Shown here: piece after piece, positions 9,764-17,244 of the stretch
Layout of the letters: the number at the start of each line of letters is the position of its first letter
Position numbering within the stretch: the stretch's first letter is position 1
Assembly: GCA_023251695.1 (NCBI GenBank)
Contig: JAHEYE010000024.1
Span: 1 to 36,704 of the forward strand
Length of the DNA stretch: 36,704 bases
Direction of reading: 5' to 3'
Origin: Sphingobacteriaceae bacterium
Lineage (GTDB): Bacteria > Bacteroidota > Bacteroidia > B-17B0 > Aurantibacillaceae
The notes under the pieces: model-generated
Databases searched by the model: none
What the model was told of the DNA's origin: nothing
The model's input: only the letters and a program-made list of their open reading frames with translations
Translations under genes and position numbers: made by a program

Positions 9764-11241
9764 TGTTTCAATCTAAATTAATATATCACCGGTTTTTCTT
9801 TGTGGGCATCCTTGTTTTTTTATTCGTTCCTCTTTTGCAAAACACTTTTTATTTTAAGTGGATTCAACCACTTAAAGGTGCTTATCAACACATAGATGAT
9901 ATAGGTCTGACAAAAGATAATTGGCTTGAGGGAGCTTACCAGTTACGTAAAGAAGAATATCTCGATAATACTTTTGGCTTCAGAAATTACTATGTTCGGC
10001 TTAATAACCAAATCAATCTTTCCTTATTCAGAAAGTCAAACGTAAAAAAAGTAGTAGTTGGAAAAGGCGGTTTTTTATATGAAGATGATTACATAAATGC
10101 GTATTATGGTAACAACTTCGTTGGTAAAGAAAAGCTTGGGGAGCGTTTTAATAAATTAAAAATTGTTCAGAATTTACTTCTTGATCAGGGTATTTTACTC
10201 GAAGTTGTATTTGCCCCCGGAAAAGCTTCCTTTTATCCTGAATTCATTCCAGATAACTGGAGGTCAGAAAAAAAACTGAGCAACTACCAATATTGCCGGA
10301 AATTGTGTGATGAAATGGGTATTGATTACATAGACTTCAACGCGTGGTTTCTTAAAGAAAAAGGCATTTCCCCTTACGACCTTTATCCTAAAACTGGAAT
10401 TCATTGGAGCAACTATGGAGCCTTGCTTGCAATTGATTCTTTAAAATCACACATCGAAAAAAGAACTAAAATGAAGCTTCGGGAATTTGTTATAGATAAT
10501 GTAAGTTTTTCCGATTCATTACTTAGTCCGGATAATGATATTGGCGAATCCATGAATCTTGTTTATGATATTCCGGTTTTACCAATGCCTTATGCGAATT
10601 ATCATTGGATTGAGAACGAAAATGCGATGAAACCAAGTGCATTATTTATTGGTGACAGTTATTTTTGGAATATTTATTATCAGGGGTTCACAAATAATTT
10701 TTTTACAGATTGTAAATTTTGGTATTATAATAAAACTATTTATCCTGAAAGTGTACCTGAACGTGAAGTAAAAAAACTTGATCTAAGAAAAGAACTTTCC
10801 GGCTACAAGGTTGTAGTTTTAATGGCTACCGAAAGTAACATTCATGATATCGGATGGGGATTTATTGAGAATGTTTATGAAATATTTAAACAAGAAATCA
10901 AATCTGCATTCCGTAAAAGTGTCTATTTGAAAGACCTTGTACGCGAAATACATTCTTCTCCCGGATACATGTCTGAAATCAAGAAAAAAGCTACAGCTAA
11001 CAATATTCCATTTGAAACACAGATTCAAATGGATGCTGAATATATTTACCGCCGGGATTTTTCATCAGCTGAAATCGTCACTCTTACAGAGAAGAATAAA
11101 GAAAGAATCAGGAACACCCCTGAATGGATGGGCCAGATAAAAAAGAAAGCCAAAGAAAAGAACATGACGGAAGATGAGATGATAGAGCTGGACGCTAAAT
11201 ACATTTATGTAACGGAACAAAGAGATAAATTACAAAACTAA
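9763..11241 (+). CDS. membrane-anchored AlgJ/AlgX-type (SGNH-like) putative O-acetyltransferase/esterase, paralog 1
   Basis: N-terminal single TM segment (FFFVGILVFLFVPLL). Blocks resemble the AlgJ/AlgX family: VVGKGGFLYE, VFAPGKASFYPEFIP, YPKTGIHWSNYGA and FIGDSYFW. The ATG overlaps the MBOAT stop (TAATG at 9761-9765). Family call is from remembered motifs, not a search. Confidence 0.6.
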   Translation: MFQSKLIYHRFFFVGILVFLFVPLLQNTFYFKWIQPLKGAYQHIDDIGLTKDNWLEGAYQLRKEEYLDNTFGFRNYYVRLNNQINLSLFRKSNVKKVVVGKGGFLYEDDYINAYYGNNFVGKEKLGERFNKLKIVQNLLLDQGILLEVVFAPGKASFYPEFIPDNWRSEKKLSNYQYCRKLCDEMGIDYIDFNAWFLKEKGISPYDLYPKTGIHWSNYGALLAIDSLKSHIEKRTKMKLREFVIDNVSFSDSLLSPDNDIGESMNLVYDIPVLPMPYANYHWIENENAMKPSALFIGDSYFWNIYYQGFTNNFFTDCKFWYYNKTIYPESVPEREVKKLDLRKELSGYKVVVLMATESNIHDIGWGFIENVYEIFKQEIKSAFRKSVYLKDLVREIHSSPGYMSEIKKKATANNIPFETQIQMDAEYIYRRDFSSAEIVTLTEKNKERIRNTPEWMGQIKKKAKEKNMTEDEMIELDAKYIYVTEQRDKLQN

Positions 11242-11266
11242 GACTGAAAAAAATTAAAATGTTATT

Positions 11267-12727
11267 TTGCTGATGCTTTTTTTAAAGAATCATATTAAAC
11301 ACATGTTATTACTCGGATTACTTATCCCGTTTTTGCTTATTTATTTTCAGCAAATAAAACCATTTACAGGACTTAAACCTTTAAAAGGTTATTTTATTCC
11401 TAAATCTTATTCCACTTTTAACGTTGATTCGTGGTTTAGCGGAACATATCAATCAACTACCGATGAGTATATTAAAGAAGAATTTGGGTTCAGAAACGCT
11501 TTTGTTCGTTTGCACAATCAACTGAGCTTTTGGTTTTTTGGAAAAGCAAATTTAGATGAAATTATTATTGGCAAAGAAAACTATCTTTTTGAAGAACCTT
11601 ATATTGATGCTTTAAAAAGAAAAGAGCCTCCGGATTTTAAAGGATTGAATGATACGCTTCAGTTAATAAAACGATTACAAGATACTTTAAAGCTGTTGGG
11701 AAAAGAAATGATTATTGTTTTAGCCCCAAGCAAAGCACGAATATACTCGGAATATATTCCTGATGATTATAAACCGCTAAATGAAGAGAATTCATATTAC
11801 AATTTTTATTGCAAGGCGCTTAGTAATTACCGTATACAGTACATTGATTTTAATTCTCTTTTTTTAAAAAAGAAAAGTACATCTAAATATTTGTTGTTTC
11901 CGAAATTGGGAATACACTGGAGCAGGCTTGAAGCAGTTTTCGCCGCAGATAGTATGTTCAAATATCTGGCATGGAAGTCAAATTGTAATTTACCAAAATT
12001 AGAAATAAGTGATATAAAAGAGATTGATACATTGCAGATGCCAGATAATGATATTATTGAAAGCATGAATCTTTTATTCTTTCCAGATTTTGATAAAATG
12101 GCGTATCCGTTAAAAATTAAGATTGATTCTGAAAATAAGTCTAAGCGAAATTTGATGGTGATATCCGATAGTTATTGGTGGGATATTTATTCCAGAGGTA
12201 TACCAAAAGACATTTTTGAGAACAATGAATTCTTGTATTATAATAATCAGTTGTTCGGTAATAATTATATGGGAGACACTGACCCAAAAAAAATTGACAT
12301 TAAGAGGCATATATTAAATGCTGATCATATTATTTTATTATTCACCGAACCTAATTTAGATAGATTGGGGTTTGGCTTTATTGGAAGCGCTTTAAGCGCA
12401 ATGAAAAGGAATATCCAACCAACTAATGCCGAATTAAAAGATATTATTGATGCTATAAAAAACAATAAAGAGTGGTGTCAAAACATAGCCGAAAAGTCAA
12501 TCATTAATAATATAAGTGCTGACTCAATGATGACAATTGACGCAATGTGGTATTTTCAGCGGGAGGGTCCCTTAAAAAAAGAATTATTTATTAATGATGT
12601 GAAATCTTTGATTAAATCCAATCCAGTATGGATTAAAAATGTCCATGCGAAAGCCAAACAAAGAGGATTAAGCATTGATTCCATGATGACTTTAGACGCT
12701 ATTTGGTATATCCAACAACAAAAATAA
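11267..12727 (+). CDS. membrane-anchored AlgJ/AlgX-type (SGNH-like) protein, paralog 2
   Basis: Collinear block-by-block similarity to the previous ORF: EFGFRNAFVRLHNQ, IIGKENYLFE, VLAPSKARIYSEYIP, FPKLGIHWS, MPDNDIIESMNL and VISDSYWW. The start is TTG 11267 or in-frame ATG 11273. Confidence 0.6.
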   Translation: MLMLFLKNHIKHMLLLGLLIPFLLIYFQQIKPFTGLKPLKGYFIPKSYSTFNVDSWFSGTYQSTTDEYIKEEFGFRNAFVRLHNQLSFWFFGKANLDEIIIGKENYLFEEPYIDALKRKEPPDFKGLNDTLQLIKRLQDTLKLLGKEMIIVLAPSKARIYSEYIPDDYKPLNEENSYYNFYCKALSNYRIQYIDFNSLFLKKKSTSKYLLFPKLGIHWSRLEAVFAADSMFKYLAWKSNCNLPKLEISDIKEIDTLQMPDNDIIESMNLLFFPDFDKMAYPLKIKIDSENKSKRNLMVISDSYWWDIYSRGIPKDIFENNEFLYYNNQLFGNNYMGDTDPKKIDIKRHILNADHIILLFTEPNLDRLGFGFIGSALSAMKRNIQPTNAELKDIIDAIKNNKEWCQNIAEKSIINNISADSMMTIDAMWYFQREGPLKKELFINDVKSLIKSNPVWIKNVHAKAKQRGLSIDSMMTLDAIWYIQQQK

Positions 12728-12812
12728 CCCCCACTACTCCTTTAACAAATCTTGTCTTATAACTCATAATTTACACTCTGTTTTTGCGTTAAAAACCTTA
12801 GATTTTTTGTAT

Positions 12813-12820
12813 TATCTTTG
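12813..12820 (+). promoter_or_regulatory. candidate -7 box (TATCTTTG) abutting the dxs start
   Basis: Exact TAnnTTTG match ending 5 nt before ATG 12826. The -33 element is unclear (TTTG at 12783-12786 gives a long 26-nt spacer). Confidence 0.3.
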
Positions 12821-12825
12821 TATTG

Positions 12826-14775
12826 ATGGAATTTGTAAAAGGATCAGGGGTTATTCCCGGCGAATTATTGGCCCAAGTTAACAGCCCTGACGACCTAAAA
12901 AAACTTAGCGAAGATCAACTCGAGCAATTCTGCAGTGAATTACGCCAGTTTATTATCGATATCGTTTCTGTAAAAGGCGGTCACTTCGGCGCTTCTTTAG
13001 GTGTGGTTGAATTAACTACCGCCCTACATTATATTTTTAATACCCCTTACGACCAATTAGTTTGGGACGTAGGTCATCAAGCATACGGACATAAAATTAT
13101 TACCGGTCGCCGTGATATTTTTCACACTAACAGAATTTACAAAGGCATTAGTGGTTTTCCGAAACGCAGCGAAAGTGTTTATGATACTTTTGGTGTCGGG
13201 CACTCCTCTACTTCGGTTGGTGCTGCTTTAGGTATGGCAGTTGCTTCTAAATACAAAGGCTTAAAAGACAAACATCACATTGCTGTTATTGGCGACGGTG
13301 CAATGACTGCGGGTATGGCCTTCGAAGCTTTAAATCATGCCGGTGTTGAAAAAGCAAACTTACTCGTTGTATTGAATGATAATTGCATGAGTATCGACCC
13401 CAACGTTGGCGCCTTGAAAGAATACCTAACGGACATCACCACTTCTCATACTTATAACCACATGAAAGATGAAGTGTGGAACATGTTAGGTAAATTAAGC
13501 ACTTTCGGAAAAAGCGCGCAGGATATTGTTTCGAAAGTTCAGGCTTCCATAAAAACATCTTTGCTTAAACAAAGTAATTTATTTGAGTCTTTACAATTCA
13601 GATACTTCGGTCCTGTTGACGGACATGATGTTGTTCGTTTAACAAAAGTATTAGCCGATTTAAAAGATATTCCCGGGCCAAAAATTTTGCATGTTCTTAC
13701 TAAAAAAGGGAAAGGTTATAAATTTTCTGAAGAAGGAAATGAAACTACATGGCACGCCCCCGGATTATTTAATAAAGAAACTGGGGAAATAATTAAAGTA
13801 GTTCCAAAAGAACCTCAGCCGCCGAAATATCAGGATGTATTTGGTCACACCATTGTTGAATTAGCCGAGAAGAATGAAAAAATAATGGGAATAACTCCTG
13901 CTATGCCCTCAGGTTGTTCTTTGAACATTATGATGAAAGCAATGCCTAATCGTGCGTTTGATGTTGGTATTGCAGAACAACATGCCGTTACTTTTAGTGC
14001 GGGCTTAGCAACACAAGGATTAATTCCGTTTTGTAATATTTATTCCTCATTCATGCAGCGCGCCTACGATCAAGTTGTGCATGATGTTGCTTTACAAAAA
14101 TTAAAAGTGATATTTTGTTTAGACCGCGGTGGTTTAGCCGGGGCTGACGGCCCAACACATCATGGAGCATTTGATATTCCCTATTTTCGCTGCATTCCTA
14201 ATATGATTGTGAGCGCCCCAATGAATGAAGAGGAATTAAGAAATTTAATGTATACCGCTCAATTAGATGAAACTTCAGGTCCTTTTAGTATCCGTTATCC
14301 GAGAGGAAATGGTGTAATGGTGAACTGGAAAACTCCTTTCACAAAAATCGAAATTGGTAAAGGAAGAAAAATTAAAGATGGAAAAGACATTGCCATTTTG
14401 TCTTTAGGACATCCCGGGAATTTAGTTGCTGAAGCCATTTCAAATCTTGAAAAAGAAAATATTTCTCCTGCTCATTATGATTTGCGTTTTGCGAAACCAA
14501 TTGATGAGGCTTTATTGCACGAAGTGTTTTCTAAATACAAAAAAGTAATTACCGTTGAAGATGGAACAATTATCGGTGGAATTGGCTCAGCTGTATTAGA
14601 GTTTATGGGCGATCATGGTTATTCAGCTGAAGTAAAACGCCTAGGTATTCCTGATCATTTTATTGAACACGGCGAACAAAAAGAATTGTACGAAGAATGT
14701 GGTTTCTCTCCAAAGCAAATTGTCGGAACAGTTGTTGAATTGATTTCTGAAAAGAAAAATTCTAAAGTTTCCTAA
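12826..14775 (+). CDS. dxs: 1-deoxy-D-xylulose-5-phosphate synthase
   Basis: Full-length match to Dxs hallmarks: GGHFGASLGVVELTTALHYIFNTPYDQLVWDVGHQAYGHKIITGRRD, the TPP-binding GDGAMTAGMAFEALN, and transketolase-like C-terminal domains. The ORF track starts at TTG 12823; ATG 12826 is the next codon. Confidence 0.95.
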   Translation: MEFVKGSGVIPGELLAQVNSPDDLKKLSEDQLEQFCSELRQFIIDIVSVKGGHFGASLGVVELTTALHYIFNTPYDQLVWDVGHQAYGHKIITGRRDIFHTNRIYKGISGFPKRSESVYDTFGVGHSSTSVGAALGMAVASKYKGLKDKHHIAVIGDGAMTAGMAFEALNHAGVEKANLLVVLNDNCMSIDPNVGALKEYLTDITTSHTYNHMKDEVWNMLGKLSTFGKSAQDIVSKVQASIKTSLLKQSNLFESLQFRYFGPVDGHDVVRLTKVLADLKDIPGPKILHVLTKKGKGYKFSEEGNETTWHAPGLFNKETGEIIKVVPKEPQPPKYQDVFGHTIVELAEKNEKIMGITPAMPSGCSLNIMMKAMPNRAFDVGIAEQHAVTFSAGLATQGLIPFCNIYSSFMQRAYDQVVHDVALQKLKVIFCLDRGGLAGADGPTHHGAFDIPYFRCIPNMIVSAPMNEEELRNLMYTAQLDETSGPFSIRYPRGNGVMVNWKTPFTKIEIGKGRKIKDGKDIAILSLGHPGNLVAEAISNLEKENISPAHYDLRFAKPIDEALLHEVFSKYKKVITVEDGTIIGGIGSAVLEFMGDHGYSAEVKRLGIPDHFIEHGEQKELYEECGFSPKQIVGTVVELISEKKNSKVS

Positions 14776-15410
14776 ACCAAAAACGGATTGTTTAATTTCT
14801 CGAAACCTATTGTCGTAGGTTGTCCGTGGCCATTATACACTTTTATGTCATCTCCCAAGGGAAATAAATTTTGTTTAATTGAATTTATTAGAGTTTCGTG
14901 ATCTCCTCCCGGCAAATCCGTACGGCCGATACTTCCATAAAATAAAACATCACCAGCAATTACAAATTTTTGTTCCTTACAATAAAACGTAATACTGCCC
15001 GGTGAGTGTCCCGGCGTGAAAATCATTTCCATTTTGCTTTTTCCAAACCAAATTGTTTCGCCTTCTTTCAAAAAGACTTTTGGCAAAGGCGATTCTTCAC
15101 AGGGTAAACCATACATGTCCGCTACTTGTTTGTGTCTTTCTACGTAAGGCAAATCCTCTTTGTGAACTTCAGGTAAAAATCCCCAGGTGTCAAAAACAAA
15201 ACGGTTCCCGCTGATGTGATCGATGTGTGCATGCGTTAACAACAAACGTTTCAGTTGCAAATTATTTTGTGTGATAAAATTTTTCAATTGAAGATGTTCT
15301 GCGGTTGAACAGTTGCCCGGATCTATAATAACGGCTTCCAAAGTTTCATCCCACAACAAATAAGTATTCTCCTGAAAAGGCCCGAAAACAAAAAATTTTA
15401 CTTGGATCAT
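14772..15410 (-). CDS. MBL-fold metallo-hydrolase (glyoxalase II-like)
   Basis: Metallo-beta-lactamase motif LTHAHIDHISG, plus the downstream HSPGS and GDVLF...GRTD blocks. Confidence 0.85.
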   Translation of the reverse strand: MIQVKFFVFGPFQENTYLLWDETLEAVIIDPGNCSTAEHLQLKNFITQNNLQLKRLLLTHAHIDHISGNRFVFDTWGFLPEVHKEDLPYVERHKQVADMYGLPCEESPLPKVFLKEGETIWFGKSKMEMIFTPGHSPGSITFYCKEQKFVIAGDVLFYGSIGRTDLPGGDHETLINSIKQNLFPLGDDIKVYNGHGQPTTIGFEKLNNPFLV

Positions 15411-15556
15411 TTTCCTGTTCTTTTTTGAGCAACGAAATTAACGAATTACGGCTTTCTTAAGAATGATAAGAGCGTGTTTTATAGATTAATATTAAATTAC
15501 TGATTATCAGCAGTATATATCTACTTCTTTAACACTTTTTTCAGTAATAAATTGCC

Positions 15557-15564
15557 TATTTTTG
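15557..15564 (+). promoter_or_regulatory. candidate -7 box (TATTTTTG) upstream of the outer-membrane barrel gene
   Basis: Exact TAnnTTTG match 14 nt upstream of in-frame TTG 15579. It lies inside the longest ORF (15552), which argues for the shorter start. Confidence 0.3.
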
Positions 15565-15578
15565 CGTTTTATTATTTC

Positions 15579-16400
15579 TTGAAACGCCTCATAATCATAT
15601 TTTTAGCTTTACTTGTTTTTGGCCAAGCCAAATCGCAGTCGAGCCGCCGTAATTTTAAACAGCACGAAATAGGAATCTTTCTTGGCGGTTCTTATTACTT
15701 AGGTGATCTGAATCCGGGTAAACACTTTTTTTTGAGTCAACCCGCCGGTGGGGTTTTTTACCGTTTTACACCTAATTTCCGTTATGCTTTCAGGGGCGGT
15801 TTAAATTTGGGAAGTGTTATGGGTGATGATTCGCAAAGCGAAGATTATGATCAACGCAAACGTAACCTCAATTTCAAATCACGGATTAACGAGTGTTATG
15901 CCCTGGCAGAATTTAATTTTTTAGAATACCGGATTAGCAACGACAAACATAAATTTTCTTTTTTTCTTTTTGCAGGTATTAATGTTTTCAACTTCCGTCC
16001 ATTAGGTAATTTAGGTGGCGGACAATGGGAATCACTAAGGGAATTAAACACAGAGGGCCGATCTAAAAAATACAAACTCTGGCAAATCGGAATTCCATTT
16101 GGCTGCGGAATAAAATTAAACGTTGCTAAAAAAGTTGGAATTGGTCTCGAATGGGGGCCTAGAAAAACATTTACAGATTACATCGATGATGTAAGCAAAA
16201 CTTATCCCAATCCCTCAATTAATCCTCCCAACGGTGCGCTTGGAATGGCATTTTCTAACAGGACAAAAGATGGTGGTGGCGAAATAAATTCGCAACGCGG
16301 CAACCCACGTACTAAAGACTGGTATGTGTTTTTTGGTCTCACATTAAACATAAAACTTAGTCTTGCACCTGAGCCTTGTTACGCAACAGGATTCGATTAA
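15579..16400 (+). CDS. small outer-membrane beta-barrel protein (DUF6089-like)
   Basis: From TTG 15579 the N-terminus reads MKRLIIIFLALLVFGQAKSQ, a clean signal peptide. The GGSYYLGDLNP motif and alternating beta-strand pattern follow. The longest ORF starts at TTG 15552, and there is no in-frame ATG before about residue 89. The DUF number is from memory. Confidence 0.6.
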   Translation: MKRLIIIFLALLVFGQAKSQSSRRNFKQHEIGIFLGGSYYLGDLNPGKHFFLSQPAGGVFYRFTPNFRYAFRGGLNLGSVMGDDSQSEDYDQRKRNLNFKSRINECYALAEFNFLEYRISNDKHKFSFFLFAGINVFNFRPLGNLGGGQWESLRELNTEGRSKKYKLWQIGIPFGCGIKLNVAKKVGIGLEWGPRKTFTDYIDDVSKTYPNPSINPPNGALGMAFSNRTKDGGGEINSQRGNPRTKDWYVFFGLTLNIKLSLAPEPCYATGFD

Positions 16401-16474
16401 TCATAAAATTTATTAAAACCCAGTAAATACCCGGCAAAATACGTCTCATTAGAGGGGGTTTAACCGTTTTTTGT

Positions 16475-16482
16475 TAAATTTG
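16475..16482 (+). promoter_or_regulatory. candidate -7 box (TAAATTTG) upstream of uppS
   Basis: Exact TAnnTTTG match 21 nt upstream of ATG 16504. No clear -33 element. Confidence 0.25.
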
Positions 16483-16503
16483 CCCGCCTTGCAAAGCATA
16501 TAA

Positions 16504-17244
16504 ATGACCAACTTAAATAAAGAGAAAATACCTCAGCATATCGCTATTATTATGGATGGTAACGGACGCTGGGCTAAGCAACAAGGTGAAGATCGTATTT
16601 TTGGCCATCACGAAGGTGTTAACTCAGTGAGGGAAATTGTTGAAGCTGCCGGTGAAGTTGGAGTCAAATATTTAACGCTCTACGCTTTCAGTACTGAAAA
16701 CTGGAACCGTCCGAAAGAAGAAGTGGATGCTTTGATGGAATTACTGGTGGCTACAATTACAATGGAAACTCCCCAATTGCACAAGAATGGCGTTAAACTG
16801 GAAGCAATAGGAGATTTGAAAAGTTTACCGGTAAGTTGCTTTAACGAATTACAGGAATCCATCAATACAACAAAAAACAATAAAGGCCTCACGTTAATCC
16901 TTGCCTTAAGCTATTCTTCGAAGTGGGAAATCATTAACAGTGTTAAAGAAATTGCAGTGAAAGTTGCCGAAGGGAAATTAAAACCAAACGATATTACGGA
17001 AGAAACCATTGCTTCACATTTATGTACTACAAAATATCCCGATCCTGAATTGATGATCCGCACCAGCGGTGAGCATCGCATCAGTAATTTTTTACTTTGG
17101 CAATTGGCTTATGCCGAATTTTATTTCACTGATACGCTTTGGCCGGATTTCAGGAAAAAGGAATTTTACGAAGCTATTCATGCCTACCAATCGCGCGAAA
17201 GACGCTTTGGAAAAACAAGCGAACAGATAAGCCATTCAGAATGA
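16504..17244 (+). CDS. uppS: isoprenyl transferase (undecaprenyl diphosphate synthase)
   Basis: HIAIIMDGNGRWA, YLTLYAFSTENWNRP, IRTSGEHRISNFLLWQLAYAEFYF and ERRFG motifs. Confidence 0.95.
   Translation: MTNLNKEKIPQHIAIIMDGNGRWAKQQGEDRIFGHHEGVNSVREIVEAAGEVGVKYLTLYAFSTENWNRPKEEVDALMELLVATITMETPQLHKNGVKLEAIGDLKSLPVSCFNELQESINTTKNNKGLTLILALSYSSKWEIINSVKEIAVKVAEGKLKPNDITEETIASHLCTTKYPDPELMIRTSGEHRISNFLLWQLAYAEFYFTDTLWPDFRKKEFYEAIHAYQSRERRFGKTSEQISHSE

Noticed and set aside
12728-12822. Possible riboswitch (for example TPP) or small RNA in the 95-nt leader region upstream of dxs
   Set aside because: I saw no conserved TPP-element core (CUGAGA / ACCUGA-type boxes) and no stable stem-loops. The region is short and AT-rich and is better explained as a promoter region.
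15500-15510. Short palindrome CTGATTATCAG in the divergent MBL / barrel-gene intergenic region
   Set aside because: It has only 5-bp arms, which is expected by chance in 141 nt of AT-rich DNA.
15726-15733. Homopolymer tracts (T8 here; A8 at about 10267, 20644 and 21254; T7-T8 runs at about 24208-24229) as possible slipped-strand phase-variation switches
   Set aside because: No tract is longer than 8 nt. They are scattered in mid-gene positions of housekeeping genes and are unremarkable at this base composition.
17139-17240. 34-codon N-terminal extension of the bamA ORF (MAGFQEKG...)
   Set aside because: It overlaps the 3' end of uppS in another frame and has no signal peptide. ATG 17241 gives a canonical signal peptide and an ATGA overlap with the uppS stop.
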